Source of the DNA: Candidatus Poribacteria bacterium
GTDB lineage: Bacteria > Poribacteria > WGA-4E > WGA-3G
Assembly: GCA_022827185.1 (NCBI GenBank)
Contig: JAJDTM010000046.1
Location: 68,644-132,643 of the forward strand
Reading direction: 5' to 3'
DNA length: 64,000 nucleotides
Each line of letters opens with the position of its first letter. The first letter of the stretch is position 1. The position numbers were made by a program, and so were the translations under genes. Below, in pieces: positions 1-8,776 of the stretch. The notes beneath the pieces are model-generated. The model was not told the origin of the DNA, searched no databases, and saw nothing but the letters and a program-made list of their open reading frames with translations.

Positions 1-145
1 TAAGACAGGCACCGTCAACGGCGATACTATCACCGACTGTCGCATCGGCGAGGGTGTCACTCGCCTGAATTTCGAGGATGACGCCTTGCGATAGCCGCTG
101 GATATTTCGGATTGTTCCGAGTTCTTCGACGATCCCGGTGAACAT
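1..145 (-). CDS. ribE: Riboflavin synthase alpha subunit, N-terminal part (gene continues beyond window start)
   Basis: The reverse complement of 1-145 translates from ATG at 145 as MFTGIVEELGTIRNIQRLSQGVILEIQASDTLADATVGDSIAVDGACL, matching the canonical RibE N-terminus (MFTGI[IV]EE.G). It lies directly downstream of ribD on the same strand. The ORF track missed it because it is truncated by the window edge. Confidence 0.6.
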   Translation of the reverse strand, partial: MFTGIVEELGTIRNIQRLSQGVILEIQASDTLADATVGDSIAVDGACL

Positions 146-164
146 ACTGTAGATACCTCTGTGA

Positions 165-199
165 GTTTTCAGTTTTCAGTTATCAGTTTTCAGTTAAAG
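165..199 (-). promoter_or_regulatory. Tandem heptamer repeat (AGTTTTC x ~4.7 on + strand; GAAAACU on the mRNA) in the ribE 5' leader
   Basis: Units AGTTTTC/AGTTTTC/AGTTATC/AGTTTTC/AGTTAAA are read directly from the sequence, immediately upstream of the ribE RBS and start. A similar GT(T/C)(G/T)TCA heptad array sits upstream of the thrC-like gene at 12245-12272. Confidence 0.4.
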
Positions 200-374
200 A
201 AGTTTGTAGAGTGTTCTGAAGTTAGGGAAGTCCGTAAAGTTTTCAACTTTGAAACTTTAGCACACTTCACAACTTTCTTACTGACCACTCTCATTGCGAG
301 GCAAACTGCTGATTGACAATTACTTTATCTGATTGTTGTTTCTGTGTGGTCGGTGCTTCAGTTGTACCTACCTT

Positions 375-480
375 ATAAACCCCCTAAATCCCCCTTATCA
401 GGTGGACTTTGATAGGTACCCTTCAATATAAACCCCCTAAATCCCTCTTATCAGGGGGACTTTGATAGGTACCCTTCAAT
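375..480. repeat. 53-bp tandem duplication (375-427, 428-480); each unit holds a family-A hairpin element plus 17 bp matching the ribD 3' end
   Basis: Two near-identical units ATAAACCCCCTAAATCCC(C/T)CTTATCAGG(T/G)GGACTTTGATAGGTACCCTTCAAT. Copy 2 supplies the last codons (IEGYLSKSP) and the TGA stop of ribD. Confidence 0.7.
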
Positions 481-1566
481 TAGGAAATCGGCATCGGGCA
501 TTGGCGTGATGCTAATCCTTTGCAAATGCGGTACGTCCTTCAAGCTGGAGACCCCTTCGCCGCCGATGGGTCCCGGTGCGTTCCGTCCACCGATGAGTTT
601 AGGTGCCACGAAGCACATAACCTTATCAACGATTCCGGCTGCAATGGCGGAGGCGTTGATTTCGCCGCCGCCTTCTATCAACACGCTTGTTATCTCACGT
701 TTTCCCAATATTTCCATCAAGCTTTTAAAACAGACTTGGTTTCCGTGTGCTGCTGGCGTGGTTACCACTTCCGCGCCTGCCTTTTCGAGTGCTTTAACAT
801 TCGCCATCGGTGCGTCAGGTGTTACAGCAACGATAACATCGGCACTGCTTTCGACGTTGAAAATGCGTGCGTCCGTCGGTGTCCTTCCGTGTGAATCCAG
901 CACAATCCGGGTTGCGTCTTGGCCTTCTCTATCCTGAAGCCGCGTCGTTAGTGCGGGATTATCACGTGCAACTGTGCCTCTGCCGACGAGGATCGCATCT
1001 ACTACGTCTCGGATTTCATGTCCGCGCTGTCGTGATGCTTCAGATGTAATCCATTGCGATTCGCCGGAGGTGGTCGCTATCTTCCCGTCAAGACTCATCG
1101 CAGTTTTGAGGATGACAAACGGCGTACCGGTTTGGATGTATTTCCTATGGACTTCGTTTAGTTCTGCTGCTGCCTGCGTACAGATACCTGCTTGGACGCG
1201 GATACCTGCCTTCTGAAGTTGGCGAATACCTTTGCCTGCGACGCTCGGATTCGGATCGACTTCTGCGATGTAGACGTTCGCGATGCCAGCCTGAATCACT
1301 GCCGCTGTGCAGGGCGGTGTGCGTCCCCAATGGCAACACGGCTCAAGGTTCGTGTAGAGTGTCGCACCTTTGGCATTTTCGCCTGCGGCGTTCAGGGCAT
1401 GGATTTCGGCGTGCGGGGTTCCCGCTTTTTGATGGTAACCTTCACCGATAACCTTACCGTCTTTTACGATGACTGCACCGACGAGTGGATTGGGACTAGT
1501 GCGTCCGTTTGCTTGTTTTGCCAATGCCAGTGCGCGTTGCATGAAGGTTATATGTACTTCGTTCAT
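451..1566 (-). CDS. ribD: Bifunctional diaminohydroxyphosphoribosylaminopyrimidine deaminase / 5-amino-6-(5-phosphoribosylamino)uracil reductase
   Basis: 371 aa. The N-terminal CMP/dCMP-type deaminase motifs HAEIHAL and PCxxC(LEPCCHWGRTPPC) are followed by a C-terminal RibD reductase domain. It is followed by ribE. Confidence 0.9.
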   Translation of the reverse strand: MNEVHITFMQRALALAKQANGRTSPNPLVGAVIVKDGKVIGEGYHQKAGTPHAEIHALNAAGENAKGATLYTNLEPCCHWGRTPPCTAAVIQAGIANVYIAEVDPNPSVAGKGIRQLQKAGIRVQAGICTQAAAELNEVHRKYIQTGTPFVILKTAMSLDGKIATTSGESQWITSEASRQRGHEIRDVVDAILVGRGTVARDNPALTTRLQDREGQDATRIVLDSHGRTPTDARIFNVESSADVIVAVTPDAPMANVKALEKAGAEVVTTPAAHGNQVCFKSLMEILGKREITSVLIEGGGEINASAIAAGIVDKVMCFVAPKLIGGRNAPGPIGGEGVSSLKDVPHLQRISITPMPDADFLIEGYLSKSP

Positions 1567-1634
1567 GCTGAAAACCGAAAACCTTTGCTTGTATAGTATA
1601 TCATATTTTTTTTGGAAATCAAATCATTTATTCA

Positions 1635-1721
1635 GGACTTACGCATTTTTCCCTGATAACGGACATCCTATGCCCTGCGTTCGGGGTTTCAAACCCCGCC
1701 TGCAAGGGTGCTGCGTAAGTC
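1635..1721. repeat. Family-B palindromic MITE/REP-like element (GGACTTACGCA ... TGCGTAAGTC termini, internal GGGGTTTCAAACCCC hairpin)
   Basis: One of at least 6 copies with 11-bp inverted termini and an internal hairpin; the other full copies are at 26184, 36949, 54146 and 57472. It lies in the 3' flank of the prx-like gene. Confidence 0.6.
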
Positions 1722-1727
1722 TTATTA

Positions 1728-2225
1728 TTAAGGTTTCGCTGTTGCTTTCAAGGATTCGAGGATTTCTGACTGATTGACGAGATCGAATTGATGTGTGCCG
1801 ATGTACATGTATCTGATAATCCCTGTTTTGTCAATGATAAACGTTGACGGACGTGCGATGTTGTAAGCCTCAAGGCTGAGCCAGTGATAGACACCGTAGT
1901 TTTTGATGACACTCCGCGTTTTGTCTACCAATAACGGGAATGTGATACCGTTTTTATCGGCATAGCCGCGGAGTTCACGGGGCCACTGCCCGGCAATGGC
2001 AAGCGGTGTCGCTGTGTACTCGGCGTAGGTGTCAACATTTTCTTGGACAGCCGACAACTGACGGCGACTGTTCGGTCACCATGTCCCTCGGAAGAAGGTT
2101 AAGACGACGTGTTGGGTGTCTCGGTACGTTTCAAGCGAGACCTCTTCTCGCTGGTGCGATGGCAGCGTGAAGAGGGGTGCGGTATCGCCGATGTTGAGAA
2201 TTTTGTTTTTACGCGGCATGTGCAT
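1728..2225 (-). CDS. Peroxiredoxin-like (AhpC/TSA-redoxin, PRX_like2-type) thiol peroxidase with in-frame TGA at the catalytic Cys position; candidate selenoprotein
   Basis: A single minus-strand frame reads MHMPRKNKILNIGDTAPLFTLPSHQREEVSLETYRDTQHVVLTFFRGTW-[TGA at 2076-2078]-PNSRRQLSAVQENVDTYAEY...KATAKP*. The segment FFRGxW(U)Pxxrrql aligns to the FYRGxWCPxC active site of Prx-like proteins. The ORF track splits it at the TGA (its 1728..2057 ORF uses a TTG start just downstream of the TGA). A modest hairpin follows the TGA. Confidence 0.5.
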
Positions 2226-2463
2226 ATTGTACGAGATATTTCGTTTGATGTCAAGTTTTTAGGAATTGGCGGTCGGTAGTCGGCTGTCGGGGGTCAGCCA
2301 TCATCGGTGGGCAGTTGGTGGGCGTGGTTTTATGTCTTCTATTTACGAGTGGCTTGAATAGCTGCATAATGCAGCAGAGGTAGATTGGATTGAGGATCTC
2401 ACACATACCGTCATTCCCCTCTTTGATAACACCATAGGTGGCGAGTTCACTGATGATGTCATT

Positions 2464-2490
2464 CCCCGCCCCTTATCAGGGGGACTTTAA
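2464..2490. repeat. Family-A element, degenerate copy (CCCCGCCCCTTATCAGGGGGACTTTAA)
   Basis: It shares the CCCCTTATCAGGGGGACTTTAA core with the copies at 14322, 18494, 19765 and 30544. Confidence 0.55.
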
Positions 2491-2514
2491 TCAGACGCGT
2501 TTTTACAATAGCCT

Positions 2515-5500
2515 TTACTTTTGCTTCTGCTTGGTTGAAGAGGGGAGTGCGTACATGCTTCGGCGAACTTTCACAATTTCATCGGTATTGACGAGCCGCT
2601 TGAGTTCATTTTTTATTGAGCCTGGATGTCCTTTAATGGTGTCAATGAGTTCAGATGTTTTTTTCTCGCCTGTGGCGAGTAGGGCGAAGATCTGATCACG
2701 GAGTGGGACCCGGAGAGGTTTCCCGCCTCTAAGCTTCATCAATATCCGGTTTGCTTGGCTTCTGGAGATACCTAAGACCTGTTCTACTTTTTCTCTACTG
2801 GATTCGGCAGTGAGGTTGTCGCGTTCTGTCTCAAACTGCTCACGTATGGCGATGGTTTCAGGGAGTTTATCTAACCCGCCAGCGACCTCAAAATCTTCCC
2901 AATCAAAAAACGAGGTTTCAGGTCGATCGGTGATGTTAGGCAGTGATAGACTTGTGAGCAAGACTATTGTCTTGTTTGACAAGCTGTTCAATCTGGCTCG
3001 CCCGATAATCTGTGAAAGTAAGCCTATAGCGTTCTGTTCATACACATACCGGATGCGTTCGTCTTTGTAGATGCCGAATTCTGCTTCTCCATCATAACAG
3101 ATCGGTTTTTCGTCGTTTCCGAAGAGAATCTGTGTCTTTCGCCAAGTGATGGCTGGTGACCAGTAGGGTGCGCCGACGATCCAAATGATATTTGCTGCTT
3201 CAAAATCGGCATCTTTTAACGCTTCGGTCCGTTTGAAACCCTCCACGAAACAGACATTCTCCTTTGCTGCGATGTTCTGCAGATGTCCTATTATTGGTGC
3301 GCTGGTGATAATAGCGTGCTGAACGTTTGGATTCTTGTCAATTTCGGTTTGGATACCGAGAAAAATGCGCTGTCCTATTTCGGACATGCCGAGTGCCCGC
3401 CAGTCAGTGTCGTAGTTTAAAATTGATTGTCGCGGATAGATACCTGTGCGAATCTGAAAGACCCGATTCCCCGTGATCCATGCTGTCGGTTTGATGTTAT
3501 GGACTTCAATCTCCTCATCTGGGAAGGCTCGGCGTAAATCCTGCTCAGAGAGCGTTGACGACATAAACAAGAGTCGTTTGACGCTTGGATGCAACACCGG
3601 CGGTACCCAGAACCGCATTTCTTTGCCGGTCCATAATATCGGTGCGTCGGCATCCCGTGTGTAATATTCAAAGAAACGCGTGAGTTGATGCCAAAGCGTC
3701 CAGTTCGGATTTGGATAGGCAGTTGGAAGTGCTCGAATTTTCGGGACAGTTGATGTATCCAAGATGCCCAATTCAATGGCTTGTGTCATTGACATCGGGA
3801 TTTTCATGTCTTGGTTCAATTCAAGAGCCTCAAGTTGAAAAACAGGGAGTCCTTTTGCCGTGAGTCTATCCGCGGTGTCAGTATCCATAGGAATGTAGGC
3901 ATCGGCACCGCCTTCAAATTCAATAGCAAAATGTGCCAACACTTTTTCGGTTTCATCATCTACAAACTCGCGCGGTACCACTCTACCGATTATATTAACT
4001 TGACCCATCTGCTGGATAAGTGTTGCTTCTTGCGCTTGAAATGCTTGCACAGCTGCACGGATCCGTCTGACAGGATTATCATCAACGCCGCCTTTGGTTT
4101 CTAATGCGTTTAGTAAGGCGTTGGCAAAATTCCCTAAGGTACTTTCGTGCCAGTTCACGCGCCATTCCTCTAAGATGTCTTTTGATACCTCACATTTTAC
4201 AAACAGTTTATCTGCTTCTGCTCTATCAACGATACAAAGTCGCTCAGTGCCGTCCGCGGCTTCAAGTGTTTCTGCTGCCACTTTTGCGTGTTGTGGATCC
4301 AAAAACAATCTAACAGGATTTAATATTTGTGCCTTAGTACTTTTTAATGTGGCGAATTGCGACAGATACCCACGCTGCTGACATTCTGTATAGACGGGAC
4401 ACTGTGGACAAATACTCTCGCTCGGATTTCCACCCTTTTTTTCAAGTGCATCACACCGCTTTGGATCCTCACAGACATTACCGTGTTGAAAGGGGTTCGC
4501 CATCCGTACCTCAACGGGTATTTCTTTCACCTGTTCCCATAAGTAGTGCCGAGGTCTCCTGGGTGCGACAGATGACACGTTTCGATTTTGAAAGCGTTGT
4601 TCTGTGTCTTTAGTTAGCAAGGATTTCGCAGCTAAACTGATTACGCCGCCGTTGATAACATAGGATTCTGCTGCATAACTCTTTCCGGCACCTGCTTCAG
4701 CAATGAGTCCGAGAATTCGTGCATCCCGGTTGAAAACCTGCTGCATCTGAACAGCATTTTCTTCAGGTGTTCGGTAACGGCTGTTTTCGCCTTCCAGTTT
4801 GTGTAGCACCGAAGCTGGACGTTTAATTCCCAATGGACTCAGTTCAGCTTCCCGCACGGCAAGGATCTCATCCGTTACAGGCAATCCAGTCGTCGGTACT
4901 GGTGGCAGAATACCGGTATCATCCCAGATATCTGTTATATGCGTTGCTTCGGTTGGGAGTCCAGTATCAGGTATAGCAGCGCGAACCCGGACCTCTCCGT
5001 CTTGCTCCCATAGCAAAACGTCTCCATCAGCAACGTTTCTGTCGGGGTGAGCCCAATGGTGAATGCCATCTTTTTCTTGTAGATAGGAAAACCCGCGCTT
5101 CAAGAACGCCACTCTTGCGAGATTAAGGTTGCTTGAACCGAGCGATGTCTGCAGAATAGACGTAGTTTGCGTAGCGGGTTCCGATGCCGTTTCTCCGGAG
5201 GGTGCGGGTTGGTGAAGCGTATCCCGAAGCGTGTCAATGGCGGCAAAGAGGACCTCTTTGGCAATGATCGGCGGATTTAGTAGATTTCCGATCAAAATTT
5301 CGTAACGCGCGTCCCAACGGCTATATCCTTTGTCCCCCAAGATTTCGAGATACACATCGCGATGGTGTAGATTTTCGGGAGTCGGTGTATGTTTATAGGT
5401 ATACTGCTTCGCTTCATTGGTGTTGGGATGGAGATAATTTTGAACTCTACAGGAAAAACGCAACCCACCAGACTTTGTCAGGGTCAACAAGGGGTTTGCT

Positions 5501-5943
5501 ACAGCGTTAGCGAGTGCCTCGATACAGGTTAGAACAACATCAGGTGCGTCGCAAATAGCAGCATACTTAAAATTGATGTCGTGCCATTGGGCGCCATCAC
5601 ACTCTGAAGGGACACCTGTATACACCTGAACACCCCAGGATCTGTGCCATATAGCACTGTGCCAGTCTTCTGTGCTTTGGCGTTTCAAAAACCGTTCACC
5701 TTCAAAATCCCACGGGCCGTGGTCGTGATAAGGTGCGTGTCCTATCGGCATGAAAGAGATGTCCGCCTGCTCAAGTTCATAAAGCCTTATAGGATATCTC
5801 CACGCGCAATAGGCCCTGAAATGATAAGGGAGCCCTTTGTAGAGTGCTGGTGTTATCTTTGTCTTCCGCTGCCGAAGCGGCTTTTCGTGTCGTTGGTGAC
5901 AACGCTGAATAATATCTTTTAAGGAATTCATAATTATACTCAT
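2515..5943 (-). CDS. Large multidomain replication-type protein: N-terminal Prim-Pol (bifunctional primase-polymerase)-like domain, central P-loop NTPase (GLIAEAGAGKSYA), Cys4 zinc-ribbon, C-terminal HTH; probable relic of a plasmid/phage/integrative element
   Basis: 1142 aa. The N-terminus has Prim-Pol-like motifs (..VYTGVPSE..HDINF..TKSGGLRFSCRV, cf. T.sGG.H.yf). A Walker A motif (AGAGKS) and a CxxC...CPQCP Zn-ribbon follow. The C-terminus has a winged-helix-like GISRSQANRILMKL. Confidence 0.5.
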   Translation of the reverse strand: MSIIMNSLKDIIQRCHQRHEKPLRQRKTKITPALYKGLPYHFRAYCAWRYPIRLYELEQADISFMPIGHAPYHDHGPWDFEGERFLKRQSTEDWHSAIWHRSWGVQVYTGVPSECDGAQWHDINFKYAAICDAPDVVLTCIEALANAVANPLLTLTKSGGLRFSCRVQNYLHPNTNEAKQYTYKHTPTPENLHHRDVYLEILGDKGYSRWDARYEILIGNLLNPPIIAKEVLFAAIDTLRDTLHQPAPSGETASEPATQTTSILQTSLGSSNLNLARVAFLKRGFSYLQEKDGIHHWAHPDRNVADGDVLLWEQDGEVRVRAAIPDTGLPTEATHITDIWDDTGILPPVPTTGLPVTDEILAVREAELSPLGIKRPASVLHKLEGENSRYRTPEENAVQMQQVFNRDARILGLIAEAGAGKSYAAESYVINGGVISLAAKSLLTKDTEQRFQNRNVSSVAPRRPRHYLWEQVKEIPVEVRMANPFQHGNVCEDPKRCDALEKKGGNPSESICPQCPVYTECQQRGYLSQFATLKSTKAQILNPVRLFLDPQHAKVAAETLEAADGTERLCIVDRAEADKLFVKCEVSKDILEEWRVNWHESTLGNFANALLNALETKGGVDDNPVRRIRAAVQAFQAQEATLIQQMGQVNIIGRVVPREFVDDETEKVLAHFAIEFEGGADAYIPMDTDTADRLTAKGLPVFQLEALELNQDMKIPMSMTQAIELGILDTSTVPKIRALPTAYPNPNWTLWHQLTRFFEYYTRDADAPILWTGKEMRFWVPPVLHPSVKRLLFMSSTLSEQDLRRAFPDEEIEVHNIKPTAWITGNRVFQIRTGIYPRQSILNYDTDWRALGMSEIGQRIFLGIQTEIDKNPNVQHAIITSAPIIGHLQNIAAKENVCFVEGFKRTEALKDADFEAANIIWIVGAPYWSPAITWRKTQILFGNDEKPICYDGEAEFGIYKDERIRYVYEQNAIGLLSQIIGRARLNSLSNKTIVLLTSLSLPNITDRPETSFFDWEDFEVAGGLDKLPETIAIREQFETERDNLTAESSREKVEQVLGISRSQANRILMKLRGGKPLRVPLRDQIFALLATGEKKTSELIDTIKGHPGSIKNELKRLVNTDEIVKVRRSMYALPSSTKQKQK

Positions 5944-6031
5944 AACCGAAAAAGTATTAATTAAGCCTTTCGTACCATATCACAAATTTTTCTTTTTTGT
6001 CAAGTTTTTATACGGAGGCTGTCTACTACTT

Positions 6032-7156
6032 TCACATCAATTCGACGAAGACTTCGTTTGCGAGGAAAAGTCCACGGCGGGTGAGTCGGAGATGGGTGGC
6101 GGTGCGTTCAAGTAATTGAAGGTCTATCCATTTTTTGAGGATGTCTCCGAACGCAGCTTCAATTTCTTCACCGAAGCGGTTTTGGTAATCTTCAAGAGAG
6201 ATGCCTTCCCGTTTGCGGAGGGCGAGCATGAGGGTTTCTGCCTTTTCCGCGTTTCCGGTCAGGTGTTCTGTGTTGGCGATGGGTTTGTTGCGTTTGGAGA
6301 GTTTGTTAATGTAAGGGGCGATGCCTCGAATATTGGTGTAGCGCACGCCGTTGATATACCCACACGCGCCCGCACCGAGTCCTATGCACGGTTGGTTGTT
6401 CCAGTAGACGAGATTGTGTTTTGCATAATGGTCGGGTCTGGCGAAGTTACAGATCTCGTAGTGGGTGTACCCGTGCGCGGTGAGTGTCTTAATAGTATAT
6501 TGGAACATATCCGCTTCAGTGTCCTCAGTCGGGATGTGAAGTTCACCGGCTTGCCACCATTCATAAAATGGGGTATCCTGCTCCATGACGAGATTATAGG
6601 CTGAAATGTGGGCGGGGTTGAGAGAGATGACTTCATTGAGTGTGTGGTGCCATGCTTCCATCTTCTGGTCGGGCAGCGCGAAGATGAGATCGATGTTGAT
6701 GTTCTCAAATCCGCTTTCGCGGGCGAGATAGTAACTTTCAAGGAACTCGGTAACGGTGTGGGTTCTGCCTAACTGTTTCAGGGTCTCATCTTGCATCGCT
6801 TGCAAACCGAAACTGAGCCGATTCACACCGTTGTTTTTCATCACGTTAAGCTTCTCGTTGTCAACGGTGCCCGGATTACATTCTACGGTGATTTCAGCGT
6901 CCGGTGTTATTTGGAAATGCTGCTGGATGTCGATGAAAAGCTGTGCTAAGGCATTAGTAGAGAGGATGGAAGGGGTGCCGCCGCCGATGAAAACCGTTTG
7001 TAGGGGTTCGGTCTCTGAGGCGTAGAGTTCCATCTCTGTGCGAAGTGCTTGTAGGTATGCTTTCGCCTGTTCTTTGTGAAAAGTGTATGTATTGAAGGCG
7101 CAATAATAGCATTTCGTGGCGCAAAATGGGATATGGATGTATACGGAAGATGCCAT
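6032..7156 (-). CDS. hemW: Radical-SAM heme chaperone HemW / coproporphyrinogen-III oxidase-like protein
   Basis: The CxxxCxxC radical-SAM motif (FCATKCYYCAF) and the HemN/HemW C-terminal domain are present. I trimmed the start to ATG at 7156 (MASSVYIHIPFC); the ORF-track start at 7333 would overlap the upstream ADH by 176 nt. Confidence 0.8.
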   Translation of the reverse strand: MASSVYIHIPFCATKCYYCAFNTYTFHKEQAKAYLQALRTEMELYASETEPLQTVFIGGGTPSILSTNALAQLFIDIQQHFQITPDAEITVECNPGTVDNEKLNVMKNNGVNRLSFGLQAMQDETLKQLGRTHTVTEFLESYYLARESGFENINIDLIFALPDQKMEAWHHTLNEVISLNPAHISAYNLVMEQDTPFYEWWQAGELHIPTEDTEADMFQYTIKTLTAHGYTHYEICNFARPDHYAKHNLVYWNNQPCIGLGAGACGYINGVRYTNIRGIAPYINKLSKRNKPIANTEHLTGNAEKAETLMLALRKREGISLEDYQNRFGEEIEAAFGDILKKWIDLQLLERTATHLRLTRRGLFLANEVFVELM

Positions 7157-7157
7157 A

Positions 7158-8261
7158 TTATTCTGTAAATTCCAATCCGATTCGGATGGCTGAGCCTGTG
7201 TCTGCGTAGGAGAAGGCTTCGTTAATGTCGCTGAATGGGAAGGTGTCCGAGATGATTTTGTGGAACGGATATTTGTCGCGTGTACGCACGAGAAAATCGA
7301 GGGCGCGCGGGATAACCCACGGTTCGTAGACAATCACGCCGCGAATTGCTTTGCTACAGCGGACGATGTTGCCCGGGTCAATCTCTGTGGGGAATCCGAG
7401 GTTGATGTTTCCGATCCAGAGGTAGCGTCCACCCCAACGGAGCATTTCTATGCCTTCCGCAAGGACACGCGGCGAACCGACAAACTCCGCGACGAGATCC
7501 GCGCCGATGCTACTTGTCTGATCGAGTACGTATTCCACCCGTGATTTCATATCGATTTCGTCAACGTTGAGCGTCTCATCCGCACCGAACTCCCGTGCCA
7601 GAGATAGGCGTGCGGGCAACCGGTCGAAAACGATGATTTTTCCTGCACCCATCTCGCGTGCGACGGCTGTTGCGTAGAGCCCGAGTCCACCCGCCCCTTG
7701 GATAACGACGGTATCGCCGAGGGTAATGCCGATCTGATTGAGTCCGTAGATGACTTCGGATAAGGCGCAGTTGATCGGGGATACCAGCGCGTCTGAAAGT
7801 TCGTCGGGGACCTTGAACACCCAATGCCCGGGTTTCATGTAGTAGTATTCGCCGTAGGCACCGTGGAAATGCGGCGGTTGCTCGCTGGAGACACCGAGCC
7901 AATCTCTGTAGCGGTTCGGGCACCCGGGTTTCCCGTTGAGGCACATCCAGCAGTGCTGACACGGTTTGAAATAGGAGTAGGCGATCCGATCGCCTTCGGT
8001 AAGCGGTTGTCCGATGCTATCGGTTGTGATGTTACGTCCCATCGCTTCAATCGTGCCGATCATTTCATGTCCCAACACTTGCGGGATACCGCTCTCGATT
8101 TTGGGTCCGTGTCCGCGCCAGAAATGCAGGTCGGAGCCGCAGATATTCGCCATACGGATTCGCACAAGCATGTCGTCGGGTGTGACGGCTGGGACTGGGT
8201 ACTCCCGGAATTCCATCGGGGTTTGCGGTTGTGTGAAGATGGCGACTTTTCCGGTTTTCAT
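7158..8261 (-). CDS. Zinc-dependent alcohol dehydrogenase family (MDR; threonine/sorbitol dehydrogenase-like)
   Basis: Catalytic Zn motif GHEMIG, a structural Zn Cys cluster (CQHCWMCLNGKPGC) and a Rossmann GAGGLG. I trimmed the start to ATG at 8261 (MKTGKVAIF), which is preceded by AAGGAAAT RBS. Confidence 0.8.
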   Translation of the reverse strand: MKTGKVAIFTQPQTPMEFREYPVPAVTPDDMLVRIRMANICGSDLHFWRGHGPKIESGIPQVLGHEMIGTIEAMGRNITTDSIGQPLTEGDRIAYSYFKPCQHCWMCLNGKPGCPNRYRDWLGVSSEQPPHFHGAYGEYYYMKPGHWVFKVPDELSDALVSPINCALSEVIYGLNQIGITLGDTVVIQGAGGLGLYATAVAREMGAGKIIVFDRLPARLSLAREFGADETLNVDEIDMKSRVEYVLDQTSSIGADLVAEFVGSPRVLAEGIEMLRWGGRYLWIGNINLGFPTEIDPGNIVRCSKAIRGVIVYEPWVIPRALDFLVRTRDKYPFHKIISDTFPFSDINEAFSYADTGSAIRIGLEFTE

Positions 8262-8452
8262 TTTTTTAGATTTCCTTGCGGTTCGGTTAGATACGTCTGG
8301 AATTTGAGGGGCTGTTCCGTAGACCCGCTTTCCACTTCGTTTCAAGCTACATCCTTCTCCCGAAAATTTGATGTTCAACTCCGTAGATTCGTCACAAACA
8401 TTGTTTTGGAATTCGCAACTGTGCCTTTGATGATGAACTTTTCCTTCAAGAA

Positions 8453-8776
8453 CTAAACAGTGACGACTCGTTGTTGTCCCTTCCTATTTTCTGAGGGAAT
8501 AATACGGATTTCAATATCGCGGTTCAATTGGTTCAGAAACGTCAACAATCGCTCTACACTATAATGATTAAACCTTCCCTGTTTTAGCCGGGAGATCTCA
8601 GGCTGCTTCACACCTAAAATCTTTGCCGCTTCAGCCTGGGTTAACTTGCGATCTTCTATAATTTGGAACACCTCAAATCCAAGTTTCGCTTTAAGAAATA
8701 GTTCCTCCGCGTCCGGCAAATCTAAATCCTTAAAGACATTGCCTGAGCTCTTTTCAAATTTAATCTTCTTGCTCAT
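8453..8776 (-). CDS. higA: HigA-like XRE-family HTH antitoxin
   Basis: 107 aa with an HTH LTQAEAAKILGVKQPEISRL. It overlaps the upstream toxin ORF by 17 nt, the typical HigB-HigA order. Confidence 0.7.
   Translation of the reverse strand: MSKKIKFEKSSGNVFKDLDLPDAEELFLKAKLGFEVFQIIEDRKLTQAEAAKILGVKQPEISRLKQGRFNHYSVERLLTFLNQLNRDIEIRIIPSENRKGQQRVVTV

Noticed and set aside
2226-2460. Alternative explanation for the in-frame TGA in the prx-like gene as a simple pseudogene
   Set aside because: I did not fully reject this. I kept the Sec interpretation because the TGA aligns exactly with the active-site Cys and both halves remain in one frame with no other lesions. A sequencing error or pseudogenisation remains possible.
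7157-7333. Long N-terminal extensions in the ORF track (hemW to 7333; ADH to 8378; WD40 to 22060; SBP to 25049; WD40 to 29547; TIR gene from 43771; PIN from 52503)
   Set aside because: The extensions would overlap upstream genes or lack signal-peptide or domain logic. Internal ATGs preceded by plausible RBS give canonical N-termini, so I trimmed the starts.
7576-8456. ORFs 7576..7962 (-), 7824..8456 (+) and 8014..8307 (+) overlapping the Zn-ADH gene
   Set aside because: They lie in alternative frames or the opposite strand of a gene with clear ADH motifs. They are Arg/Pro-rich and nonsense-like.
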